The notes: generated by a model from the letters alone, not told the origin. A stretch of DNA of 64,000 nucleotides from Candidatus Beckwithbacteria bacterium (GCA_012797845.1 JAAZOH010000016.1:7733-71732), one strand, 5' to 3'; counted from the first letter of the stretch, positions 10,195-20,119 are shown. Numbers and translations are program-made.

Positions 10195-12224
10195 TAGTAA
10201 ATTTTTAAATCATTAGTCAGCTCACTGAGCATAATTTCCTGATCTGGTTCTAGTATAGCTGGTAATCTCAGTTGAACATGACGCTCAATTTCCTGGCCAA
10301 ACAAATCATAGGTCGTAAACGCTAAACTCTGGTATTTTTGCTCAAAAGGACTGACTACGTAGCAATCCTGGGAATTTTTTAAAAACAGAACGTAAATTTG
10401 CTTGGGGTAATTTTTGACCGTGGCTAGTTGCAAATTTTTGTTCAAACTTTGCCAATCACAAAGCTTTGGTTGAACTGCCAGTTTATGTAGATCCAAAATT
10501 TGAAGATTATTATTTTCCCAAATTACCAGGTTTTGATATAGGTTTTTATTGGCAGCAATCATGGCTTGTTGCTCTCTGGTTGCCAGCAAATCTTGGTGGA
10601 TAATAACGTAATCAACGGTCAAAGCTTTGAGCTTAGTCAAAGCCGCTTCATCCAAGTTTGCTTCCAAGTTTTCCAGCAGTTTAATATGGTCTGCCGGCAA
10701 ATAGCCGCTGTTGCCGTTGACGGTTTTTTCACCTGTTTGAGTTAGCCAATTTAAGTAATAGTTACTTTCTGAACCCAAGTCATGGATTTTGGTAGGGTAA
10801 TGCAAAACACTCTTGTTGCGTAAAAACTGCAGTTGTTTGTTCGGTAACTGCTTAAGGATATATGAGTTGTCCTGATAGGTTTTAGTGTTCCAGTTCTCCA
10901 AAAGCAGTAAACTAACTACCGCCACGATAAATCCTACTTTCATGACTTTGGCTGGTAAGTACTGCAAAATTATTTTTAGACCATAACCAACTCCTAAAGC
11001 AAACGGTAAGTAAAACAAAAACTGGAAACGGCTAGTAACTCTGATTCCTGAAAGCAAAGGTATAATTTTGCGCAGGTAAAAAAACGGCAGGGGCAGAGCT
11101 GTGCTGGCAAAGCTGTTCCACCACTGACTATACGGCCCAAAGGTCAGGATAAAAGCTAGGCCCAAAACCAGACCAAAAGCTATGTAGGTAGTCTTGCTTT
11201 TAAAGCTAAGCTGTTTAAATTTCCCCAGACTAACTACGAAGGCAATACCAAAAAGTAACATTGGCATAAGGTTTAAAAACATGGTGTGTTCTTCATAGTT
11301 AAAAATACCGTTTTGGTCTTTAGGTGCCCGATACGGGTCCAGCTTTTGAGCTAAGCTGCCGTAGAGCCAGTTTTGGGGATGAGGACTGATCCAATCAATT
11401 AATCTTGCTGAGAAAAAGATGTTTTGCCCTATGGTCCGCTCGATCATTTCCTGGCGGCTAAACTGACCATACGGTTGGTAAATGTAAAAAATTATTGGTA
11501 AAGACAAAAGTATCAGCAAGCTGGTAGTTCCTAGTTTTATTAGGTATTTTTTATCTTTCCATTTTTTCCACAGCAAAGGCGCAATAAATATTGGCAAGAC
11601 TAGCAGGCTAAAACTAAAAAAATATACTGCCGTAAAGCTGCTCAAAATCAAAGTCAGGGTAAAAACTCCTGACCGCTTCCAGCTCGGTTTTTGAATGTAT
11701 TTGTAAGCAGTTAAAAATAGCAAAGGCAGCAAAGCCCTATTGGTAAAATCCAAGTGCTGCGGAAAGTGGGCGTAAAAAAGAGGATTAAAGGTATAAACCA
11801 AACTGGCAATTCCACTGGCAACTTTACTTTTTAAAAAGTACACAAAGGTAACATAGGCTGCCAGCAACGTGCCCACTATAGACACAAATTGCACAAGATT
11901 CATAGCCGTACCTAAGCTGGTAACCAAAGGGTATATGGGCAGCAGGAGCAAACCGTAAAAGAGCCGGTGGTCAGAGTAAGCTAGGGTTAGCGGTTGGGGA
12001 TAAAATTGGTAGCCATTAAAAAAATCAGTCTGGTGAAAAATTTTACCTGTTTTAATAGCGTTTTGCACATACCAGGAAATTGAAGCACTCAAAACGTAAT
12101 CGCCATCATCAGTGTAGTAGCTGAAAATGTGGGTTGAAAAGTTCCAGGTAAAAATGATCGTAACTACAATGGCCAAAACAATTAGAAGTGTGTAATTGGC
12201 AAGTGGCTGAGCTGTCAATTTCAT
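10194..12224 (-). CDS. Polytopic membrane protein, YfhO/GT-C-like
   Basis: DDGD after TM1, GIRVTSRF, VNGNSGYLP and VDYVIIH motifs typical of YfhO-like GT-C proteins. Confidence 0.65.
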   Translation of the reverse strand: MKLTAQPLANYTLLIVLAIVVTIIFTWNFSTHIFSYYTDDGDYVLSASISWYVQNAIKTGKIFHQTDFFNGYQFYPQPLTLAYSDHRLFYGLLLLPIYPLVTSLGTAMNLVQFVSIVGTLLAAYVTFVYFLKSKVASGIASLVYTFNPLFYAHFPQHLDFTNRALLPLLFLTAYKYIQKPSWKRSGVFTLTLILSSFTAVYFFSFSLLVLPIFIAPLLWKKWKDKKYLIKLGTTSLLILLSLPIIFYIYQPYGQFSRQEMIERTIGQNIFFSARLIDWISPHPQNWLYGSLAQKLDPYRAPKDQNGIFNYEEHTMFLNLMPMLLFGIAFVVSLGKFKQLSFKSKTTYIAFGLVLGLAFILTFGPYSQWWNSFASTALPLPFFYLRKIIPLLSGIRVTSRFQFLFYLPFALGVGYGLKIILQYLPAKVMKVGFIVAVVSLLLLENWNTKTYQDNSYILKQLPNKQLQFLRNKSVLHYPTKIHDLGSESNYYLNWLTQTGEKTVNGNSGYLPADHIKLLENLEANLDEAALTKLKALTVDYVIIHQDLLATREQQAMIAANKNLYQNLVIWENNNLQILDLHKLAVQPKLCDWQSLNKNLQLATVKNYPKQIYVLFLKNSQDCYVVSPFEQKYQSLAFTTYDLFGQEIERHVQLRLPAILEPDQEIMLSELTNDLKIY

Positions 12225-12793
12225 TTTATGATAGTAAGCATGTTATTTAAGCCAAATTGAAAATAGTGGTGCGCAGCTTTTTTTTGATACTCCTTAGGGA
12301 CCAAGTTGAGTAGTGACTTTCTATCAAAGTACTGTTTATGTTCGGCAATCTCTCTTCGGGAAACCAACCCCACCCTGGCTAAAAACTCTAAATAAGGCTG
12401 TAGGGTTTTGGAAGGGGCAGTAAAAATCAGTTTGCCTCCTGGTTTTAGCACCCGAAAACTTTCTGCCAGTAAGTTTTCAGGATTATCAATATGCTCTAAA
12501 AATGCTAGGCCAACTACGTAGTCAAAAGTACTAGTTTTAAACGGCAACTTGCCGTTCAATTTTTGTTTGATAACTTTAACTTGTTTATTAGTATTTTTTA
12601 CTTGTACTAAAGGATCAATTCCCACATATTTACCAATAATATAATTGTGATTTTGTAGCCAAGTAAACAGCTGGCAAGTTGGCCCACAACCTAAATCAAG
12701 TAAAGCTATAGCCTCATCTTGCTTTATTTCATTTGAGGCTTTGCGAAACCGGAAATAACTCAAGATATACTCTGAAATTGGTTTATCCAGCAT
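12221..12793 (-). CDS. Class I SAM-dependent methyltransferase
   Basis: LLDLGCG, LPFKTSTFDYV, LEH, RVLKPGG; start taken at MLDKP, after the upstream stop. Confidence 0.9.
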   Translation of the reverse strand: MLDKPISEYILSYFRFRKASNEIKQDEAIALLDLGCGPTCQLFTWLQNHNYIIGKYVGIDPLVQVKNTNKQVKVIKQKLNGKLPFKTSTFDYVVGLAFLEHIDNPENLLAESFRVLKPGGKLIFTAPSKTLQPYLEFLARVGLVSRREIAEHKQYFDRKSLLNLVPKEYQKKAAHHYFQFGLNNMLTIIK

Positions 12794-12806
12794 ACACTTA
12801 TTTTTC

Positions 12807-14363
12807 TTACTGTTGATATTTTGGTAGCAATATTTGCTCAAGACGAGCAGCCACCGTACTATCATACGCCTTTAAAACTTCCAGTTGGACCTGGCTTTCT
12901 TCGATTTTACCGCGCATGGCCAAAATTTGAATCAAATTAGCCCGAGCCGCCACATCCGAAGAGTTAGTTTCTAACGCTTTAGCAAACTCGTTTTCAGCTC
13001 CTTCCCACAATCTTTTTTGCGCTAAATACTCCCCTAGCTTTTGGTGCAAGTGTTGAGGGTTTTTAAAAACATAGACATAGGCTCTAAGCTGCGGGTAAAA
13101 AGGCAGACTTTGGTACTGGGCAATCTGGGGTTCGAGCTCTTTTTTTGTATACACATAAGTTGGCCCATAATCGCCAGCAATCACCTGTTTGGCTTTAACG
13201 AAACTGAAAAATGAATAGGCAAAAAGCATGTTAGCAATTTGGATGGTAATAAAAATAAAGATGATAAAACTCTGCCATAACTTTGATTTATTAAACTGGA
13301 GGATGTTTTTAAAAGTCAAAGCTAAAAACAAATAAATAAATGGACTTAAGATGACAAAATAGTACATATAAGCAGGTAGTCTCAAAATAAAGTACAAAAC
13401 CGGCACCAAACCAACAATCAGCAGCAGCCAATGCTGTTTTTTATCTTTATAAAGAAGATAAGCTCCCAAAAGAGCCAAAATAAAACTGAGCAAAAATATC
13501 CCACTTATATAGGCAACAACTGGGTACTGCTGTAAAAAGAGCTGATAATCCTGTCCCAGCACATCAGTAAAATTGAGTCCTGTCGCAAACTGCCATGGCC
13601 GAATCAAGTTGGCCAGCTGAAACTGTTTGGGCAGTTTGAGATACTCCCCAAAAGCTAAACAATCCCGACAAAATGGTTGGGAATTTATATTGTAAAAAAA
13701 TAATGGCAAAGCCGGGATAATTCCTAGAGCAAAACCAAGTCCAGCTTGTTGGTAGCCTGGTTTTACTTTGTAGTAGAAAAAAATCCCTCCAATAATTAAT
13801 AGTAAATATAGCCCGGAAAAGTGCAATTGGGTAAGTAATGCCAGGCATAAAAATAACCACAAGTACGCTTTTTTGTTTGGCTTTTTTAAGATTTGAAGTA
13901 AAAAATAGAGAATGGGTAAGACTAAAATGAGAACCAGATCCGGATTCCAGATTTTACGGGAAAATAAAATACTCCATGGTGAGCTGGCCATCCAAACTGA
14001 AGCTACGATTGCCACCAACTTGCCATAATATTTTCTCAGCAGTAAATAAAATAAAACTACTAAAGCCGAGTTAATAAGAGCTATTAAAAAACTGACAAAC
14101 ACCGGGCTACTTGAAAACAAGCTAAGGATCGTAATTATAAAGTAGGATAATGGTGGGTACAGAATCCCAATACTGGAAACTCCGGAATTACTGGCAATAA
14201 ATGGTTTTTGGTAAAAAGAAGCCGCTGAAAGCATGGCCAGGGCTTCGTCGGCTTTAAATTCAATTAGAGATAGGTTAGTCAAGCGAAAAGCTGCTGCCAA
14301 AATGAAAATAAAGCTCGCCCAAAACCATGTATTTTGCCAGAAAGAATCTTTTACTTTTTTCAC
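12807..14363 (-). CDS. ArnT/PMT (GT83/GT39)-like glycosyltransferase with C-terminal TPR
   Basis: FRLTNL...KADEA, YPPLSY, SRKIWNP, QLHFS; TPR-like C-terminus (AENEFAKALETN...ARANL). Confidence 0.8.
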   Translation of the reverse strand: MKKVKDSFWQNTWFWASFIFILAAAFRLTNLSLIEFKADEALAMLSAASFYQKPFIASNSGVSSIGILYPPLSYFIITILSLFSSSPVFVSFLIALINSALVVLFYLLLRKYYGKLVAIVASVWMASSPWSILFSRKIWNPDLVLILVLPILYFLLQILKKPNKKAYLWLFLCLALLTQLHFSGLYLLLIIGGIFFYYKVKPGYQQAGLGFALGIIPALPLFFYNINSQPFCRDCLAFGEYLKLPKQFQLANLIRPWQFATGLNFTDVLGQDYQLFLQQYPVVAYISGIFLLSFILALLGAYLLYKDKKQHWLLLIVGLVPVLYFILRLPAYMYYFVILSPFIYLFLALTFKNILQFNKSKLWQSFIIFIFITIQIANMLFAYSFFSFVKAKQVIAGDYGPTYVYTKKELEPQIAQYQSLPFYPQLRAYVYVFKNPQHLHQKLGEYLAQKRLWEGAENEFAKALETNSSDVAARANLIQILAMRGKIEESQVQLEVLKAYDSTVAARLEQILLPKYQQ

Positions 14364-14423
14364 TTCTTTATTCTGGCATGAGGAAACAGACAGAGCAAGT
14401 TGAGACTACCTGCTCCGACTAAT

Positions 14424-15281
14424 TTATAGAGAAGTTTTATTATCAAACATTTCTTTTGACTTTTGAAAGTAATGCAACATTTTTTTCTCTTGAGCTTTCG
14501 GATACGGATACTCACATTTTTCAGCTACCACTCTTGCAAGAGATGTAAAAACTTTGACTAGTTTAAAAAATGCATTCCATACATCCTTTGTATTGGCTCC
14601 AGCAAATGTTTCTTTAATATTATTCCAAGTCACATTATCAAGATATTTTGGAAATAATCTTCCATGAACGTTGGTATTAACTGTCCAATTATGTTGACTG
14701 CCTATGTACCATTCAATCATTTTTTCAAAATGACTAAAACGTAAATCAACCTCAAACATATAGTTTGTATAGAATAAATCTTCCCGATATAAATATTTGG
14801 GAATATAGGTAGCATCCCAGAAAAAAGCATTTACCATCTCTAAAAATTCTTGCTGAGTTGGTTTCTGGATAAGATGCTTCGTTTTAGTTGCTTTTGGAAA
14901 ATTTTTTGTAAAACCATCTTTGTCAATAATTACCAAATAACCCAAATCGTAATCAAAAGGAGGTGTGTGGGTATCAGTAGTAATTTGGAAATCAATCCTA
15001 GTTCGGTTTTCAAAAATAACTAATCTGGTTAGCCAATTTTCTCCAAATTCGCTTTCTGGCTTTAAAGGCCATTTAACTAAGATCTTACCAAAAAAAGGTA
15101 ACCAATCATCATTGCGGAAATCATCTAGAGAGTTTACATAAACGACCACATCGTAATCGGAGAATTGATCAACAGTTGCATTTGTGTTATCACTCCGTGA
15201 ACTAGTCAAAACCACCGCTCTGACAACATCATTAAACTTTGCCCATTTTCTAAGTTGATTGACTACTTTATCTGAATTCAT
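14424..15281 (-). CDS. Aminoglycoside 6-adenylyltransferase family protein (AadK/ANT(6)-like)
   Basis: VRAVVLTSSR, DQFSDYDV, RLVIFENRTRIDF, VNAFFWDATYIPK, MIEWYIG, GRLFPKYL, YPYP. Start at MNSDKV, directly after a TGG-TATACT box. Confidence 0.85.
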   Translation of the reverse strand: MNSDKVVNQLRKWAKFNDVVRAVVLTSSRSDNTNATVDQFSDYDVVVYVNSLDDFRNDDWLPFFGKILVKWPLKPESEFGENWLTRLVIFENRTRIDFQITTDTHTPPFDYDLGYLVIIDKDGFTKNFPKATKTKHLIQKPTQQEFLEMVNAFFWDATYIPKYLYREDLFYTNYMFEVDLRFSHFEKMIEWYIGSQHNWTVNTNVHGRLFPKYLDNVTWNNIKETFAGANTKDVWNAFFKLVKVFTSLARVVAEKCEYPYPKAQEKKMLHYFQKSKEMFDNKTSL

Positions 15282-15412
15282 GAGAAAAGTATACCAAAAG
15301 TTCAAAAAATAGGAATATAGCTTTGTCGGCATAAAGAAATAGGCTTTAATAGTTTTAAACAAGTAAAGGAAAGTGGATAGAGAACCCCCTTACTCCCTCT
15401 TTTCAAGGGGGA

Positions 15413-15445
15413 CAAAAACAAAAGCCCCGATTGCTCGGGGCTTTT
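15413..15445 (-). terminator. Intrinsic terminator after pnp
   Basis: AAAAGCCCCGA-TTGC-TCGGGGCTTTT stem-loop followed on the minus strand by TGTTTTTG. Confidence 0.85.
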
Positions 15446-15473
15446 CTAGTTACTAGTTACAAACTTTTAGTTA

Positions 15474-15513
15474 CCTGTCCGCAATCGCTAAAGCGATAGC
15501 TTTTGCAGGCGGG
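15474..15513. repeat. GC-rich palindromic element between the pnp stop and its terminator
   Basis: CCTGTCCGCAATCGCTAAAGCGATAGCTTTTGCAGGCGGG; nested hairpin (ATCGCT-AA-AGCGAT) preceded by three TAGTTAC heptamers. Confidence 0.5.
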
Positions 15514-15520
15514 CCAAATC

Positions 15521-17926
15521 TTACCGGTCATTCCAATCAGCCATGGTTTTAGGCGTAGAAGTGGTTTTTTCCCGTCTACTACTACTTTGATTTGAGTAGC
15601 GGTTTTGTGAAAAATCACGGCGTTCACCACTTCGTTGATCTCTTCGACCAAAATCACGGCGATTACCACCGGAACGGAATCCGCCCCGATCGCTACCACC
15701 AGATCTAAAACCACCTCGATCACTGCCGCCTGACCTAAAGCCTCCACCAGAACGACCACCACGATCGCCTCGGTCGCCGCCGCCATTACCATTTCGCTGT
15801 TTAGCTTTTTCAATATCTTCTCCAAACAGCATTGATAATCTCACTCTACCCATTTCGTCCATATCATCAACTCGGACTTTGACCTTATCTCCTTCAGCTA
15901 CTACCTGATGAGGATCAGACACATAGTCGGCTGACATTTTAGATACATGGACTAGACCTTCCCGTCCGGGCAAATACTCTACAAAAGCTCCAAAATCAGT
16001 GATCTTAACTACAGTAGCAGCTTCAAAAACTTCACCAACCTGGATTTCGCGGGTAATACCTTCAATCCAGTCGGCGGCTTTTTGGACTGCTTCTGGGTCA
16101 ACGGCAGTAACTACCACTCGACCTTCATCGTTGATATCAACTTCAGCTCCGGTAGTTTCAATGATGTTACGGATGATCTTGCCACCTGAACCAATAACTT
16201 CGCCAATTTGTTCCTTTTTGATGTGTAAAACTTTGATCTTGGGTGCAAATTGAGAAACTTGCTGCCGAGGTTCGGCAATAATTTTAGCCATTTCATCCAG
16301 AATAAAGAGTCTGGCTTTTTTAGCTGCATCCAAAGCTTTGGTCAAAAGCTCGGTAGTTACCCCAGTGACTTTGATATCCATTTGGATAGCGGTAATACCA
16401 TCTCTAGTACCAGTCACTTTAAAATCCATATCACCAATATGATCTTCTAGACCTTGAATATCGGTTAAAACCACATATTCGCCTTCAGTAATTGGTTTAT
16501 TCTCGTCTTTAACCATCAGACCCATAGCAATGCCGGCTACCGGTTTTTTGATAGGTACTCCGGCATCCATTAGAGATAAGGTTGAACCACAGGTCGAAGC
16601 CATGGAGGTTGAACCATTGGAAGATACACATTCTGAAACCACTCGAATCGCATAAGGAAAGTCATCTTCATCTGGTAAAACCGGAATTAAAGCCCGTTCA
16701 GCCAAAGCCCCATGCCCAATTTCCCTACGGGAAGGGGAACCAATCCGGCCAGTTTCACCAACCGAGTAAGGAGGCATATTGTAGTGATGAATGTAGCGTT
16801 TTTGGATTTCCTGATCCATCAACTCAATAGTTTGACCAAAACTGGGTGAACCCAGAGTAGTTAAGGTTAAAGCTTGGGTTTCACCTCGTTTAAACATCCC
16901 GCTACCATGAGTCCGGGGGATCATCCCAACATCAATAGTTAAAGGCCTAATTTGATCCATCTTACGACCATCTAGTCTCACTTGAGTATCAATGATTTTA
17001 TTTCGAGCCGCTTGTTTAAAGAGTTTGTCTAAATAATCTTTTAGCTCATTTTTGCGGCTATCAGGGTAAGTTTCATGAATCGTTTCCGCAATTTCATACA
17101 GAGGTTCTTTATTGATCTTGCCAGCAGCTTCAGATTTAAGCAGCTCTTCAATAACTGGTTTGGCCTGTTTTTGCAGTTCATCAGTAATTGCTTTATCCAA
17201 AGGTTCAGATTCTGCTAGCTCCATTCTGGGTTTGCCTACTTCTTTTACCAGCTCTTCAATAGCTGTAATAATTTCTAGATTTTGGGTTTTAGCAAAATCT
17301 AAAGCTCCTACCATTTGGTCTTCAGAAACTTCTTTAGCCCCAGCTTCAACCATTACGATGGCATCTTTAGAAGAAGACACAATCAGATCCATAGCTGAGC
17401 TTTCCCGTTCTTCATAGGTTGGATATGCCAAGTATTTACCATCTTTATCCATACCAACTCGAATACCGCCAATAGGTCCATTCCAGGGTAGACCGGAAAT
17501 TGATAGGGCAGCTGAAACTGCACAAATACTTAAAACATCAACTTCATTTTGCTCATCAGTAGATAGAGGAGTAATTACTACTTGAACCTCATTACTAAAA
17601 TTATGAGCAAATAAGGGCCGGATGGAGCGGTCAATGACTCGACCAGTTAAAATTGATTCATCAGAAGGTCGGCCTTCGCGTTTAACCCAACGGGAACCTT
17701 TGATTTTTCCACCAGCATAAAGTTTTTCTTGAAACTCAACTTGCAGGGGAAAATAGCCTAAATCTTCACGAGCTCCACCACCTACTACTGTTGCTAGTAC
17801 CATAGAATCACCGATCCGAGCAACCACAGCAGCAGTAGCTTGACCAGCAAAGCGGCCAATTTCAAAGGTAATTTCCTTACCCATAATTGTGGCTTTTTTA
17901 GTCACAAATTCATTTGTTTTGTTCAT
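15521..17926 (-). CDS. pnp: Polyribonucleotide nucleotidyltransferase
   Basis: Two RNase PH domains (RREIGHGALAERAL, SSNGSTSMAS, GDMDFKV), KH and S1 domains, RGG tail. Start at MNKTNEF because the region upstream forms a long RNA hairpin. Confidence 0.98.
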   Translation of the reverse strand: MNKTNEFVTKKATIMGKEITFEIGRFAGQATAAVVARIGDSMVLATVVGGGAREDLGYFPLQVEFQEKLYAGGKIKGSRWVKREGRPSDESILTGRVIDRSIRPLFAHNFSNEVQVVITPLSTDEQNEVDVLSICAVSAALSISGLPWNGPIGGIRVGMDKDGKYLAYPTYEERESSAMDLIVSSSKDAIVMVEAGAKEVSEDQMVGALDFAKTQNLEIITAIEELVKEVGKPRMELAESEPLDKAITDELQKQAKPVIEELLKSEAAGKINKEPLYEIAETIHETYPDSRKNELKDYLDKLFKQAARNKIIDTQVRLDGRKMDQIRPLTIDVGMIPRTHGSGMFKRGETQALTLTTLGSPSFGQTIELMDQEIQKRYIHHYNMPPYSVGETGRIGSPSRREIGHGALAERALIPVLPDEDDFPYAIRVVSECVSSNGSTSMASTCGSTLSLMDAGVPIKKPVAGIAMGLMVKDENKPITEGEYVVLTDIQGLEDHIGDMDFKVTGTRDGITAIQMDIKVTGVTTELLTKALDAAKKARLFILDEMAKIIAEPRQQVSQFAPKIKVLHIKKEQIGEVIGSGGKIIRNIIETTGAEVDINDEGRVVVTAVDPEAVQKAADWIEGITREIQVGEVFEAATVVKITDFGAFVEYLPGREGLVHVSKMSADYVSDPHQVVAEGDKVKVRVDDMDEMGRVRLSMLFGEDIEKAKQRNGNGGGDRGDRGGRSGGGFRSGGSDRGGFRSGGSDRGGFRSGGNRRDFGRRDQRSGERRDFSQNRYSNQSSSRREKTTSTPKTMADWNDR

Positions 17927-17945
17927 AACAATTTGCTTATTGTAT

Positions 17946-18041
17946 CTTGGAGAAAATAGTTGAGAAGAAGTAACAATAAACAGTCGTGAAGGTTTATTCT
18001 TATTCCCTCTCAACATTGTCCTTTAAATATATTTTTCCAAG
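17946..18041 (-). promoter_or_regulatory. Long stem-loop in the pnp leader (candidate RNase III site)
   Basis: Minus strand GTTGAGAGGGAATAAGAATAAAC pairs with GTTTATTGTTACTTCTTCTCAAC, closed by CTTGGAAAAAT/ATTTTCTCCAAG. Confidence 0.65.
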
Positions 18042-18154
18042 TAAAATAAGGCTTTTTTTAAATAATTAATAACGTACAAATATCTACTATATGGTAGATA
18101 TACATTTTTATAAATTTTGAAATGCAGGTATCAAATAACTATATTTGAAGTCTA

Positions 18155-18424
18155 TTAGTTCTTCAATTTCAATTTTTTCAAAATATCTTTGTAGCGGGCA
18201 TTTTCTTTGACACTAAGGTAGTTTAGGAGTCTGCGCCGCTTACTTACCATAGAAAGTAAACCTTTGCGGGAATGAACATCTTTACGATGCTGTTTCAAAT
18301 GGTCAGTTAGACTTTTGATTTGGTGAGTTAACAGGGCAATCTGAACTTCAGGACTACCGGTATCACCATCTTTGATAGCAAATTTTTTAATGATTTTTTG
18401 TTTTTCGTCAACTGGTAAAGACAT
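18155..18424 (-). CDS. rpsO: 30S ribosomal protein S15
   Basis: [13 protein letters not shown]...[29 protein letters not shown]. Confidence 0.99.
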   Translation of the reverse strand: MSLPVDEKQKIIKKFAIKDGDTGSPEVQIALLTHQIKSLTDHLKQHRKDVHSRKGLLSMVSKRRRLLNYLSVKENARYKDILKKLKLKN

Positions 18425-18515
18425 AAAAATAATTTAAAACTTACACAAATAACCTTACAACTCTTGCTATTTTATCAGGAAAATCTAAAAATGCAATCTC
18501 GATGAAAATAACTAT

Positions 18516-19028
18516 CTAAATCTGTTCTTCCTCCAAACTTGTTATCACATCACTCAAGGCAATTTGATCAGCAAATTTTCCTGATATCCAACACAAGATA
18601 GTATCAGAGCGACTATTGGAGTTTTTCATGAGAATCAGGCAATGAGATAGAAAACTTGACATTTCATGGTCATCAGACAAATTAGCCCATATATTTTCTT
18701 TTAAAGTTGGGTGAGGACTTAAGCAATAAACAAGCTCCTTTTCACCGATAATACCATAAGGATAAAGTCCTTTAGTTTCTTTCACTGGTAAAGGCAAACA
18801 TAGGATTTCTTTTTGACCCTCAATTTCTCTCAAAATAAAAATTATAGAATAAGGAAAACTATCAGTTCCTAATTTTTCAAAAATTTTCTTAATTTCACTA
18901 CTATCTATATCAGATTGCCCCAATAACCATTCTTCAATTTTTTTTAACCTATCAGATAGTTGCTCTAATCCTTCTCCTTGTTCGTTGGAAAAAGCTGCAA
19001 CCATGTCTTTTTTTGCTTCTTGTGACAT
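18516..19028 (-). CDS. Hypothetical protein
   Basis: 170-aa ORF starting 2 nt after the DHH gene's stop; no motif recognised. Confidence 0.6.
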   Translation of the reverse strand: MSQEAKKDMVAAFSNEQGEGLEQLSDRLKKIEEWLLGQSDIDSSEIKKIFEKLGTDSFPYSIIFILREIEGQKEILCLPLPVKETKGLYPYGIIGEKELVYCLSPHPTLKENIWANLSDDHEMSSFLSHCLILMKNSNSRSDTILCWISGKFADQIALSDVITSLEEEQI

Positions 19029-19030
19029 AT

Positions 19031-20059
19031 TTATACCTGTCCACCCCTATAAATCTTAGGTTCAAACCAATCTTGCTGAGGTGTTTCACTGTCTTGATCA
19101 CTTGATTCTTGACTAGCTTGACTGGGTGTTTGATTAGTAGTTTGTGGTTCTGGTACTACCGGCATTTGTGAAGCTGTTTGGTTTTGAACTGGGTTTTGAA
19201 CTTGTGGAAAGGGTGCTTGCACTACTGGTTGAGTAGTTGGAGTACTAAAACTACTTTGTGGAACTTGAACCTGAGCTGGAGCAGGGGAGCTCAAATGATT
19301 TCGCTTTCCCCCAACTCGCATGCACCAGGCAATTGCTGAAAAGGTATTGGCTGTAGCTTTGTAAGTAAAATTATTGGTAGCAGCCTCAATGGCAGCTAGT
19401 AGATTAGTCGCAATATCAGGATTAATCCTAATTTTAGCTGTCCGTAGCAAACTAACCATCAACTCAGCTAGGCTTGAAGCTTCCGGATCATATAGTTTTA
19501 TATTGCCAAGGTTAGGAACCTGACCATTTATACTAAAACTAATACTGTCCCGATCAGCAAATAGAGTTGGTTCTTGAGTAATCAGCTCACCAATTTGGTT
19601 GGTGCTACTCATACCCATAGTGATAATTAGATCAGCATCAATGCCTCGATAAGAAAATTCAACATCTTTTTTCTCAAGTCTTTCTATACCTTCCTTCATT
19701 TCAATGCTCAAATTGAACTTACTATTTTCATTATCAGAAGAAACTTTTTCCACATTGTCATACTCCGTATTTAAAGTAATGACTAAGTTTTTAGAGCCGG
19801 ATTTTTTAGCAATACTACCTACTCCATAAAGCCTTTGATAGGCTACTGTCACGTCCCCGCTGGAAACAATTGAGACTGATTTGCTCTTTTTACTTTCCCC
19901 ATCTAGTTGGTTAAAGCCGTCTTTAAGGCTTAAATACAAAGCCAAACCAGTAGCTACACTATCAACACTTAGCTGCTGAGGTAGAAGAATGAGAATAGAT
20001 TTGGCTTTAGCAATTTTTTGAGCAGTTTGAGAAAAGGGGAGTTGGTTTTGAGCTGACAT
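19031..20059 (-). CDS. Degenerate DHH/NrnA-like protein with Q/P-rich tail
   Basis: AKSILILLP...VDSVATGLAL, ASSLAEL, IATNLLAAI...TNNF follow the DHH fold, but no DHH triad is visible. Confidence 0.75.
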   Translation of the reverse strand: MSAQNQLPFSQTAQKIAKAKSILILLPQQLSVDSVATGLALYLSLKDGFNQLDGESKKSKSVSIVSSGDVTVAYQRLYGVGSIAKKSGSKNLVITLNTEYDNVEKVSSDNENSKFNLSIEMKEGIERLEKKDVEFSYRGIDADLIITMGMSSTNQIGELITQEPTLFADRDSISFSINGQVPNLGNIKLYDPEASSLAELMVSLLRTAKIRINPDIATNLLAAIEAATNNFTYKATANTFSAIAWCMRVGGKRNHLSSPAPAQVQVPQSSFSTPTTQPVVQAPFPQVQNPVQNQTASQMPVVPEPQTTNQTPSQASQESSDQDSETPQQDWFEPKIYRGGQV

Positions 20060-20119
20060 GATCTATAAGATTTGAGCAGGGAGATAATTTAATAGTCCCT
20101 TTATTATACGCAAAACTGG

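Noticed and set aside
15457-15825. 122-aa hydrophobic ORF overlapping the pnp 3' end
   Set aside because: Alternate-frame shadow of the RGG repeat tail.
18081-18100. NrdR box upstream of pnp
   Set aside because: The palindrome spacing does not fit the NrdR consensus and there is no nrd gene nearby.
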